This document shows positions 24,657-36,239 of a stretch of DNA of 64,000 bases, piece after piece. The stretch's first letter is position 1; each line of letters opens with the position of its first letter. The translations under genes were made by a program, and so were the position numbers. Origin of the DNA: Octopus sinensis (Eukaryota). The notes beneath the pieces are model-generated. The model made no database searches. It was not told the origin of the DNA and saw nothing but the letters and a program-made list of their open reading frames with translations. The DNA lies in NCBI RefSeq assembly GCF_006345805.1, contig NC_043017.1:18724001-18788000 (forward strand). The letters are read 5' to 3'.

Positions 24657-26264
24657 ATGGAAAATAATATGTATGAGACAGGCATTGATTGTAAAACACA
24701 GTCTAAAAAGATTAACTTTACTCGTGATAAAAAGAGAGAGAAAGCAAAACGATTATATCACTGTGATATCTGTAGAAAGATATTCTTTAAAAACTCTCAC
24801 TTAACTGTTCACAAGCGTATTCATACAGGAGAGAAACCATATCACTGTGATATCTGTGGTAAATTTTTCTCTCAACTTGCTAGCTTAACTTATCATAAAC
24901 GCATGCATACAGGTGAAAAACCATATCGATGTGATATCTGTGATAAATCCTTCTCTCGGACTAGTGACCTATCTAGTCACAAACGTGTTCATACAGGAGA
25001 GAAGCCATATCAGTGTGATATCTGTGGTAAATCCTTCTCTGTACTTAGTTCTCTAAATAGTCACAAAGGTGTTCATACAGGAGAGAAATCTTACAATTGT
25101 GATATCTGTGGTAAATCATTCACACATTGCGGTAGCCTTATTACACATAAACGTATTCATACAGGAGAGAAACCATATCATTGTGATATCTGTGGTAAAT
25201 CATTCTCCAACACTAGTTCTGTAACTAGTCACAAACGTATTCATACAGGAGAGAAATCATATGATTGTGATATCTGTGGTAAATCATTCTCACATTCCTC
25301 TACCTTAACTACACACAGACGTCTTCATACTGGAGAGAGGCCATATCGTTGTGATATCTGTGGGAAAACATTCGTCCATGGTTCAGAAGTAAATGTTCAC
25401 AAGCGTGTTCATACAGGAGAAAAACCATATCCTTGTGATATCTGTGGTAGATCATTCTCCGTACTTAGTGCTGTTAATACACATAAACGCATTCACACAG
25501 GGGAGAAAGCATCTCAATGTGATATCTGTGGTAAATCATTCTCATGTAAAGGTTATTTATCTTCACACAAGCGTATCCATACGGGAGAGAAACCATATTG
25601 TTGTGATTTCTGTGGTAAATCATTCACTACAAGTTGTAATTTAATTAAACACAAACGTATGCATACAGGAGAGAAGCCATATCATTGTAACATCTGTGGT
25701 AAATCATTTCCTGGTGCTGATAACTTAATTCAACATAAGCGTGTTCATACAGGGGAGAAGCCACATCAGTGTGATGTCTGCAATAAATCTTTCACAGGAA
25801 TTGGTCATTTAATTAAGCACAAGCGTATTCATACAGGCGAGAAGCCTTATTCCTGTGATATTTGTGGAAAATCATTCCCTCAGAAGGGTACTTTAACCAG
25901 ACACAAACGCGTTCATACAGGAGAGAAACCACATAGCTGTAGTATCTGTGGTCGGTCATTTGCACATCGCAGTACTCTGACTACTCACAAATTTACTCAT
26001 ACTGGAGAAAAGCCATATCACTGTGACATTTGTGGTAAATCATTCTTGTCAAATAGTAGTGTCACTATTCACAAACGTATTCATACAGGAGAAAAGCCAT
26101 ATCGCTGCGATATCTGTGGTAAATCATTCTGTTCAAGTGGTGAGTTGACTACTCACAAACGTATTCATACAGGGGAAAAGCCACACCGCTGTGATATCTG
26201 TGGTAAAGCATTCACTCAAAAATGTAACTTAACTAAGCACATGCATGTTCATATAGAACAATAA
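24657..26264 (+). CDS. C2H2 zinc-finger protein ZNF-5, 18 tandem fingers
   Basis: ATG at 24657 (MENNMYE) aligns with the paralog starts; the ORF-track start at 24591 is TTG. 18 fingers. Confidence 0.95.
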   Translation: MENNMYETGIDCKTQSKKINFTRDKKREKAKRLYHCDICRKIFFKNSHLTVHKRIHTGEKPYHCDICGKFFSQLASLTYHKRMHTGEKPYRCDICDKSFSRTSDLSSHKRVHTGEKPYQCDICGKSFSVLSSLNSHKGVHTGEKSYNCDICGKSFTHCGSLITHKRIHTGEKPYHCDICGKSFSNTSSVTSHKRIHTGEKSYDCDICGKSFSHSSTLTTHRRLHTGERPYRCDICGKTFVHGSEVNVHKRVHTGEKPYPCDICGRSFSVLSAVNTHKRIHTGEKASQCDICGKSFSCKGYLSSHKRIHTGEKPYCCDFCGKSFTTSCNLIKHKRMHTGEKPYHCNICGKSFPGADNLIQHKRVHTGEKPHQCDVCNKSFTGIGHLIKHKRIHTGEKPYSCDICGKSFPQKGTLTRHKRVHTGEKPHSCSICGRSFAHRSTLTTHKFTHTGEKPYHCDICGKSFLSNSSVTIHKRIHTGEKPYRCDICGKSFCSSGELTTHKRIHTGEKPHRCDICGKAFTQKCNLTKHMHVHIEQ

Positions 26265-27689
26265 TTGTACCCAGAACGTAAAGATAGATGAAATGCTGCA
26301 AAGTATTTTGCCTAGTGTGCTAAAGATTCTGCCAGCTCGCCACCAATGATATTTTCTCATGTGAGACCAATATTCATAAAATGACTTGTTTTATTAATTG
26401 AGAAAATGGTGAGGTTAATTTAATGACAAAAATTAAATTGTCTACATAATTGCCCTGTATTTCGCACAACACTCAAAATTCAGTTTAACTAAAAATATCT
26501 GATATAAATATATGTAAGTCTCACAGATAAGAAGATATCACAGTCTGATAACATCCTCTTAACAATATATTTTTTGTATAGACACATCTATATCCACTAT
26601 GATATAGTAATGCAGCACAGTGAGATTTTTAAATAAAACTGTACTTTTAGAACATGCATATAAATTGAATTTAACAAATTTATAGAAGGAAGAAAACTGA
26701 TTTCTTTGACATAATTGAGAAATCTATTCTCATAAATCATGTTCTAAAATCACTGTACAGCCATATTAGAAAAAAAAAGCCGCAAGAAAATATTTAATCA
26801 TACCATACATGTGTATGATATATATATATACACACACATATATATCTATATATATGCATGTGAGAAGGCATGTAGCCAAGTGGTTAGTGTAGTTTGTGTT
26901 CTGGTGCAAAGCACTTATTCTATGTTACCAGTCCACTCGGTAAAAGTAAGAGTAACTGTGTGATAGACAAATGTTCTGTTCAGAAGGAATGTTATCCTGT
27001 GTGCCTAGCCAGCCTGATGGCATCGTTCAAAAGTTACAACCTGAGGGAGCACATAATGACCATCTGAATCCAGTAGTTTGGTCAATACAATGATATACAT
27101 ACATCACTGGATAGAATGATTATTTTTTTGTTAATCTTACCTATTGTGGAACAATAAACTGCCATCATCATTCGTTTTCTATGCTGGCATGATCTGGATG
27201 GTTTTACTGCACCAAGTTCCATTCTTCTGGCATTGTTTCTACAGCTGGATGCCCTTCCGTATGTTTGCCATTTTACAGAGTATACTGGGTGCTTTTTATG
27301 TATTAGTCTCAATTGAAATGGTGGATGGGTCTTGTTGAGTACACCTATATATTGTGGATTTTGCATTGTTTCATCTGTCTATTGTATATTCTCATAGAAA
27401 TTATTTTCCTCTTTGCACATTATTATGGACACTCATTTAAGGGAATAAATCCCTAAAACTATTAATAAAAGCCATGATGTTCAGAACTGTAAGGCTAAAA
27501 TTCTTTCTATTATTTGACAAATCAGTGAATAAATTCTGTTCTAATATTCCATTAATGCTCTCTTGTGCATTGCATGAATAAAAGTGTTGTGTTATTTTTT
27601 TATAGCCTCATTATAACAAAGTTCCAGTGATAATGACTTTTTATAAAACAAAGTTGGAGACAATGTGAAACCAACTCTGATATTTTGCA

Positions 27690-28125
27690 CACATCAGTAA
27701 TTATTATTAGATATTTTGCCAACACTTGCAGGTGATGGTACTACCAGGTGCTAGCAAGTTTATGGGGTCATCAGGAGAGACTGCGCTTGCTTGATCAACT
27801 GGTTAATAGGTTTTGCTCAATATTCATCTAGCCATTGCACATTGTCTCTTTTTAACCAAATCCAATAGCTTGCCTTCTCCACTGTAGTCTGGATATCACT
27901 CTTGTGGTATTTGCTTTATGATGAGTTAGGCCTCGCAACAAAAAATTGCCTCACACCCATGTCCAACGAATCCTCTACATCCAACCTCGATTTGAAAATG
28001 CCTTGCTTTCCAGCCTGCATCTTTGCATTCCTCAAGAAGGTTTTCATAACGGTCAATTTTTCAAGCCCAAGCGATGTCCATGTTATTTTCATGAGGAACT
28101 GTTAACTTGACTAGATTTACCATTT
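27690..28125 (-). mobile_element. Second HERO-like RLE non-LTR retrotransposon 3' fragment
   Basis: Minus strand reads LTVPHENNMDIAWA*KIDRYENLLEECKDAGWKARHFQIEVGCRGFVG and, after a frameshift, VEKASYWIWLKR. Confidence 0.8.
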
Positions 28126-28289
28126 TCCATTTTTAAGAAAATTCACTACTAGTAACATCTGAAGTTTTCTTTGAACATTCAGTTTACTTGGAAAGAGACT
28201 GCATTTAAGAAGAGTGGGAATTAATGCATGCAAGATTTTCTAATGCTACCATCACTTCTTCATAGTCACCCCGTGAACTTGTTAACCCA

Positions 28290-29850
28290 CCATCATAATC
28301 ACAAATTCTTTTGGGTAGGCAGCAGTGATGAAGTGGATGGTGTAGGTATACTGTTGTCAGATAAATGGATAAATAAAATAAGTCAGTTTGTGATGGGATT
28401 GTTAAGCCGAGAGTGTTCCTAGACAAATCAAGTTTAACTCTGCCTCAGCTCCACATTCTGGGCTGGCTGATAATTAGAAGGACCAATTCTATGAAGTCTT
28501 CTTGTAGAATACTTCAATGGCAAATAGCTGATATTTTTATCGTGTCTGGTACTTGCAATGGACATGTTGAGCAGTAAGCCAATGGATTTTATATTGTGCA
28601 CAGAGGTTATGACTTCAGTTCCAGAAATGAGTCTGGAGCAAAGCCATTAGAGTTCTGTAATGCAAATGACTGAGTGATCTGCAACACTAACTCCAAGAAA
28701 CCAGCCAACCACCTGATCACCTACTTATCTGAATGAACTCAAGAGAGATTGACCACATCCTCATCAGAAACGGGATAGGTTGATGCTTGAAAACGAAACG
28801 TCTTGTTAAGGTGAAGATGTAATATCCAACAGGTTAGTGACTTCAAATTTTCAGCTAGGTCACAGAGATGCAAACCAGTCTGGTAAAGGATGATATGGAA
28901 ACTCAAAAGATTCAGCAAACAAATTTAGAGGCATTCTAAATTAATCTACTGATGAAAAGCAGGTGAAGATAGAAACGTATAACATACAAGACAATATAGG
29001 ATAACCTGCTGAGAAATACAGACCAAACCTGTGACTGGTGCGAAGTTACAGCTAGACCAAGCGTGATGTGATGGTGGAACAGTGATGTGGACGAGAGCTA
29101 GAAAAGCAAAAAGCCTGACCCTGGAAGACTGAAGATATATACTAGGTTGATAGAAGAGAAGCTGGGAGGCAGAGAAAAGGGAGAAGGAGATTTGACAATG
29201 ATCTACAGCACAAGAATCAGAAACAAGGTATTCCAGGTAGCAAAAGGGAAGATGTAGGTGAGATGTGTGGATAAATGATGTTATGCTTGCACCTAGTCTT
29301 CTGGAAAAAGAGGTGTAGAAGCGCTATCATGAAAGGCTATTGACCCTTTTGATACCAAACTGCCTCTCGCTTAATAGTACATATGCTTTGTTTTCAAAAG
29401 TCCTGAATTAAAATCTTCCACCAAACCTTAATCACAATTTATGTTCCTAACACTAGCTTAATGATAAACTAAATTATTTTACTAAATTTTGAGTTATATT
29501 TAAAATTAATTGAAAGAAACACTGAGCATCTCAACAGAAATATTGTAACAAATGGGTTGACTGCAGAGAATGAATTGGAAAAATTGGGTTTGCTAATTTG
29601 CTAATGTGGACCCAAAAAAGGGGCCAGATATCCAAGTTGACAGCAATGTTATAGATAAGGTAATTAAGGATATGAAAACAGGTAAATTCCCAAGTCCGAC
29701 AGGACTTAACACTGGGATGCTTAAAATATCTAGTGGAGTAGGTTACAGCCTAGTCATCCACGTTAATCAAATTGTACAGGGAGGTGCATAGCTGATGACT
29801 GGTGTAGCAGCATTGTAGTCAACTGTAACTAGGGTAAAAGAGATGCCTTA
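28290..29850 (+). mobile_element. Degenerate RTE-clade LINE (endonuclease to start of RT)
   Basis: FFWVGSSDEVDGVGILLSDKWI near the 5' end and MKTGKFPSPTG near the 3' end; many stops and frameshifts. Confidence 0.75.
29341..29560. mobile_element. piggyBac-like MITE nested in the RTE LINE (related pieces at 37095-37350 and 61030-61285)
   Basis: TGACCCTTTTGATAC ... GTAACAAATGGGTTGA termini; AT-rich interior recurring elsewhere in the window. Confidence 0.55.
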
Positions 29851-29969
29851 AACCAGAGGTTCTCAACTAGGGTTCATATAATTTTGTTGTGAAAATTTTT
29901 ATGTAATAAATTAGGTACACTTGTACAAATCACAAAATATTTTATCTATTTTCCAATATAATTCCTAGT

Positions 29970-30700
29970 ATGATGCTCCCCCATTACTTCTGCTTGTGAT
30001 CAGAGATGCATACATCGTCAGCCACTAAGGGACATGCTCAACTGATTAAGCTCAAGCAAATCTGTGGGATTAAGTAGAATATTTAGCCCATCTTTTATAC
30101 CAAATCAAAATAATGTACATGATATCACTTCCAATCTGTTAAGATCAAAAGCCATGAAAGCCACTGCCTAGTACTGTATCAGGGCATTTATTATTATTAT
30201 TGAGTGAGAAAGCAGTGCTGCCTTCAAAGTGACACTGGGGTAAAATATACAAAGCTGAGGATACACCAGGAACATGCATCACACCATATGTACATGACAT
30301 GATCTCACATCAAGATAAAACAGCGCATGTCCTTGCATATGGGGCCCAGTTACAATTTTCTTCAGGTTGAGTAGCCCATCCCCATCAAAAGGTCCCTGAA
30401 TAAGGGTTGTTTAAGGATGCTCAATGAAATACTCATGTTTCTAGAGGTGAATTATTCAAGCCCCAAAGAACTCCTTTGAACACATGGCTATGATGCTTCC
30501 CCCACTACTTCTGCTTGTGACCAGAGATGCACATACCATCAGCCACTAAGGGACATGCTCAACTGGTTGCAGTCAAGCAACTAACAAGTGAATCTGTGAT
30601 ATTGGGCAGAATATTTGCTATAGCCCATCTTTTATCAGTTAAGATCAGGAATCATGAAAGCCACTGCCTGGTACTGCGTCAGGGCATTATTATTATTAGT
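29970..30700. repeat. Tandem pair of interspersed-repeat copies
   Basis: 29970-30200 is repeated at 30490-30700; both end in (TTA)n. Confidence 0.7.
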
Positions 30701-30939
30701 CAACAAGTTAACCAAATAACTAATCATTTGGTCAATCAATCAGCTAGGTTTTTGAGAGTCCTTGTAGTTGCCATCCATCACTTCAACATGTCCTTTTTTG
30801 ACCCACTCAAGAAACAATAAAATCTGTTTTCACAAACTAAATATAAAAATGAACTTTTGTTTACTTTTCAAAATAAAGTCACTTTTTATAAAATGACAAT
30901 AGAGTTGAGAAATAAAAACCATATTTTTATACTAACCCT

Positions 30940-31718
30940 TTTCTACTATATGTGCAAGGACTAAAATTTTGAGGGAGGGACTCGTCGTCGATTATATCGA
31001 TCCTAGTGTTCAAGTGGTACTTATTCATCGATCACAGTAGGATGAAAGGTGAGTTCGAACTCAGAATGTAGTCAGAAAAAAATACCGCTTAGCATTTTGT
31101 CCGGCGTGCTAACTATTCTGTCAGCTCGTCGTCTTAATAAGGCTTTCTATTTTAAGCCCAAGACCAGAAATTTGAGGAAAGGGGCTAGTCAATTACATCG
31201 ACCCAGTTCTTGGCTGGTACTTTAATTTCCCGATCACTGAGGGATGAGAGTCAAGGTTGATCGCATAGGAATTTTAACTCTGAACGTAATGTCAGAAGAA
31301 ATGCTGTGCCATTGCGATTTCTTCTTGATCACCAACTTCGCCGCTTTAATAATAATAATATCCTTTCTCCTAAAGGCACAAGGCCTGAAATTTGTTGGGA
31401 GTGAACTAGTCAATTACATCGACTCCAGTGTTTCACTGGTACTTATTTTATCAACCCCGAAAGGAGGAAAGGCAAAGTTGACCCAGGCAGAATCTTAATA
31501 ATATCATCTCCAGCAGTAAGGTGGTTACCACTCCGAGGAAAAAAAATGCTTGGCGACATTTCATATTTACGTTCTGGGTTTAAATGCCACCAGCATTGAC
31601 TTTGCCTTTTATCCTTTCAAGGTCGATAAAATAAGTACCAGTTGAGCCCTGGGGTTGATGTAATCAACGAACCCCTTTTCCCCGAACATGCTGGCCTAGT
31701 GCCAAATTTTGAGGCCAA
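30940..31718. mobile_element. Cluster of tRNA-derived SINE fragments, family C (also 46860-47080)
   Basis: Repeated GATTACATCGACCCCAGT..CTGGTACTTATTTTATCGACCCCGAAAGGATGAAAGGCAAAGTC core in both orientations. Confidence 0.75.
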
Positions 31719-32124
31719 TGTAAGATTTAACACTTCCTTCTCTAAGCCTAGATTCGAAACAGTAGTCTGTCGGCACTTCGAACATTTCTCTCTGTCTCTG
31801 TCGTCTGCCAAAAATTTGGGTCGTAGATGGATCTATCTCGTCTGTCTGCTTGCCTCTCTTGTTTCGTCTGGTTTTATAATATTTGTGGCAGCTAGAAAAA
31901 CAGACATACTGCAGCAGAGTTTGTACCTAAATAGGTCAGCGCTTGTCCAGTTGAACTTCGCCTGATGTGGTGAGGTCGCTGGTCAAAGGGAGATCATCAA
32001 TCAAATTTTGACAGGACAGAGAAAACCTTTTTTCGCGGCTGTTGATCGTCGTGGTTTGGACGACCGAGAATTCTTGGATTCGGTTTTGAATCTAGGCTTA
32101 GAGCAGGAAGTGTTAATTCTTACA
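31719..32124. mobile_element. 406-bp non-autonomous DNA transposon, Ginger-like
   Basis: ~40-bp TIRs beginning TGTAAG and ending CTTACA; CCAA direct repeat on both sides. Confidence 0.65.
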
Positions 32125-32469
32125 CCAATATTAACTTCAATATTAATTAAAATTTTTTATTTTTATTTATTCGTTTCCATCATTTTTATACTTTCCCCAT
32201 TGCTTTTTGTGGATCTTTAAATGGAAAAGATCCCTTTTTGTTTCATTTAAATTGACACGTGTTTTTCAGTTTTAAAATAAAGTATTTATTATAATTTCAG
32301 ATTATGCGGTCTATCTGTACAGAGATACACACACATTCATAAACACCAATGCCAGGGAGGTACATTTTCCTAAGCACCTGCAGAAAAAGGTCACCGTGCT
32401 GCTTGGTGATTGCAGACTAGGATATATTTAAAAAGATAAAGAGTTAGTTGTTCTTACAGTTTATTGTTA

Positions 32470-32835
32470 AAACGAACTAAATCTGTTGTTTGATAAACAT
32501 CTTTATTACTGGGTCAGATCTAATTTAAAACTAACATTAGGGGATCCAATTAAATAGAAATGGTTGTTGCTAATGAACTGTGGACAGAAATCGCTTCAAC
32601 GGTCTTTAAGACGATATGAAAATCTAAATGAAGGTTTCTTGTGAAATATAGAAGTTGTGTTGAAGCTGTCATCGTCCTGTCTGACATCTTCGTCATTGGC
32701 TCTGTATTAATATGTAAGTATTATTGATAGAAACAACATCTACGTTGTATAGGTCGTGTCCTCTTTCTACTACATGTGTTTGTTTTGATGTGTTCAAATA
32801 TAAAGGAGAGAGAGAGTGAAGTAAAGAAGAAATTC
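32470..32835 (+). promoter_or_regulatory. Upstream module of ZNF-6 (donor at 32714; acceptor 38277-38278)
   Basis: Long match to 2390-2760, implying an intron of about 5.6 kb. Confidence 0.7.
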
Positions 32836-32970
32836 TGTCGGACATATCGAATACTAACCCACATGCTTATATACTACTAATACAGCCTACACCTATTATC
32901 TATATGCATGCGTGTGTGTGTGTTTGGTAGAACTCAATACATGAATATATTTGTATATAGACGTTTACAC

Positions 32971-33255
32971 AAATATATCAGCATCCTTTCGATATAACTC
33001 GACAAAATCAAAACTTCTGGTATTTCCGCGGAAGCAATTGACAGTTCGATTCTGTTTTCTGCTTGGAAATTTGCAGAATTTACATACACACATGAAACAG
33101 GTAAGAACAAATATGCAAGTCTTTTTTTCCTTCCAGTTTAAAATGAGACATTGCTGGCATAATTTCGTTATATCTATACTCCACAACCCATTGAAATACC
33201 CAAAGTGAAATGTTTTGATTTTGTCGAGTTATATTGAAAGAATGCCAATATATCT
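32971..33255. mobile_element. MITE-like element in ZNF-6 intron
   Basis: ~45-bp imperfect inverted repeats: CTTTCGATATAACTCGACAAAATCAAAAC versus GTTTTGATTTTGTCGAGTTATATTGAAAG. Confidence 0.65.
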
Positions 33256-35688
33256 GTTGTTCAATTGTGTTTTTAATGTTTCAATATTTTCAATCACTGG
33301 TTTTAGATTCTGTGATGGAGTGGAGAATTAATATTGATCTTTGACTAGCAACATCAAAATCACTTAAAATTAGCGATGTTGGACAAAAGTTCGTCAAGTT
33401 TATAAGTCTAGAAATAAACATAAATTGTGATTATACAATGCATTGAAGTGACCTTAAGAAATACTTTCTCTTTGAGTTGATCTTCACATAAGAGGGAATA
33501 ACGATAATTGAAATGGTGAGTGGAAAGAAAAAACAGTGAAAGTATTAAGACAACAATAGGTAATGTCAGTTAAAGCAAGTTTCTCAACTCACATATGTGA
33601 CAGCCAATTGCACGGGATTGACAACATCGTTACTTCAGTAATAATCCCCTGACATATTCAAGTCACACCGTATACATGTCTTTCTTCCGATTACTATTTT
33701 TACATCACACGTTATAGTTTATCTTACCTTTGAATCGCTTCATTTTATTACTGTGTAATAATGTGTATTATTTCAGTGATTAATATGTACCAGTAATGAA
33801 GCTATGTGTATGCTAAACATCATCAGTGGAAGCGTAGACTTCGGTCAATGCCTGTAAATACGAAAACTGTATGGGTATAACTAGAGATTGATGCCCCCGC
33901 ATTCCGAATTTGTTAGAAACTTTTGCAGAAATACATTTTCGAAAGTGGAGATTACAATTATCGTTTGCTTGGACTGTGGCCGTGATGAATCCTGGTACTT
34001 ATTTTAAAGCCTACTGCTTATTCAAATGGTCCGCGAGATTACGGAGACATAAACCAACAAACACCGGTTGTCAAGCAGTGTGGGGACAAAACACAAAGAC
34101 ACACACGCGCGCGCGCGCGGCGGGCGTCTTTAGTTAACGTCTACTAAATTTATTGGTCTGCCCAGGACTATAGAAGACAGTTGGTCAAGGTGCCTCACAC
34201 AGTCTGGTTGAACCGAAGACCACATAGTTGCAAAGCAACCTTCTTAATCACATTGCTACGCTCATAAAATCTAGAAAACCAATTGGGTGAGGGTGGGGGT
34301 TGATTAGGACCATCTACCTTCTTTCTCTCCTACTTTCTAAACATCAATTTCTGTAATGTGAGCAATTTGTCACGTTTTCTTTTTAGATATCCAAAACGTA
34401 TTTCTTTAAAGTGTCATTTAAAGATATTCATTTTAAAGAGAGAGGGAGTTACGACGAAATAGAGTCAGAGTTGGACTAGAATATTCTGAAACACCTCTTT
34501 CTTTACTCTTTTACTCAGTCATGTGACTGTGGCCATGCTGGAGCACCGCCTTTAGTCGATCAAATCGACCCCAGGACTTATTCTTTGTAAGCCTAGTACT
34601 TATTTTATCGGTATCTTTTTGCCGAACCGCTAGGTTACGGGGACGTATACACACCAGCATCGGTTGTCAAGCGATGCTGGGGGGACAAACACAGACACTC
34701 AAACACGCACATACACATATATATATACATATATACGACGGGCTTCTTTCAGTTTCCATCTGCCAAATCCACTCACCTCCCGAATTTTTTTTTTTTGTTA
34801 ATCTTATGAGGCGTGGGCATGGCTATGTGGTCAAGAGGCTCACTTTGTAACCACGTGGTTTCAGGTTTGATTCCACTACTTGGAATCTTAGGCAAGTGTC
34901 TTGTAATACAGCTCTAGGGTGACCAATAGAACTCAAAATATGAGTATATATTTTTATTAATATTTAGCAGAAGCAATAGAGTAACCCAAGGTCCAAGAGT
35001 TTCATGCTTGGCACATATATATAGTTGTGTCTGTTTGTTCCCCACTTGACAATGGTGTCGGTGTATTTACATCTCCATAACTTAGTGGTTTTACAAAGGA
35101 GATGGATAGAATAAGTACCGTGCTTAACAGAAGATAAGTATTGGGATGAATTAATTTGACTAAAAGATTCTCTAGCATGGCCGCAGTGTAATGGTTGAAA
35201 CAAAAGATAGAAAAAGAAGATAAAAAATATCAACATTGGTGAGATAACTTAGCATGGTGATATTTTTCAGGCTGGTATGCGTTAGACGGATTGACCGGAA
35301 CCAGTAAGTCTGAGAACTGTGCCGGGTTCCAGTTTCAGTTTACTTGGTTTCTATGGCTTGATGCCAACTACTTCACAAAAGTATACTGGGTGCTTTTATG
35401 TGTCATCATCATCATTGTTTAACATCTGCTTTCCATGCTGGCATGGGTTGGACAGTTTGACACGGCGCTGGATATCAGGGAGCTGTCCAGATTCCAGCTG
35501 TCTGTTCTAGCATGGTTTCTACAGCCGGATGCCCTTCCTAATGCCAACCACTTTACAGAGTGTGCTGGGTGGTTTTTATGTGCCCCAAGCACAGGTGCTT
35601 GATTGTATGGTAAGAAGTTTGCTTCTCAACCACATGGTTCTGAGTTCAGTCCCACTGCATGACACCTTGGGCAAGTGTCTTCTACTTA

Positions 35689-36239
35689 CGAAGGACGTTC
35701 AATAAGTAATGCCCCTGACCCACTTGCAGTTGTTTGATCTAGCTGAAATTTTGCATGTGCAATTATTTATATCTCTATAGATTAAGTGGCAAATTACAGC
35801 TCTGAACTAATTGTGGTTTCTGATTTACAGGTGTTTGAACTGAGTCAAGTGTGAAATGGAGCCTATTGAGTGTCGAGCAGTGATCCGATTTTTGTATTTG
35901 AAAGGACGCACACCAACGGAGACTTTTGATGAAATGAAAGTAACTTATGGTGATGATGCCCCATCATATGACCTTGTAAAACGCTGGCATCGTGAATTCA
36001 AACATGGTCGGAACTCTGTGAAAACAGCTCCCAGATCTGGTCGCCCTCCTTCTGCCATTGATGAGGCATCTGTCCGTCAGGTTGAGGCTACCATTTTAGA
36101 AGATCGACACATAAGTATACGCCAAATAGACCATGAGGTCAAGATTAGTACTGGGTCTGTGGAAACTATCATTCATGACCATTTGCATATGCAAAAGGAG
36201 CCTGACGGATGGACTAAACTGGATACTGCTAGCAATTAA
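35689..36239 (+). mobile_element. 3'-truncated mariner element (5' TIR plus transposase HTH domains, ORF 35856-36239)
   Basis: TA|CGAAGGACGTTCAATAAGTAATG TIR; ORF with RAVIRFL, VKRWHREFK, PRSGRP, SVETIIHDHL; ends before the WVP linker and DDD domain. Confidence 0.9.

Noticed and set aside
35856-36239. Domesticated DNA-binding-only mariner protein kept open in both duplicates
   Set aside because: By-eye comparison with 62461-62844 gives about 10 amino-acid-changing and 6 silent differences, no clear purifying selection; recent duplication explains the open frames.
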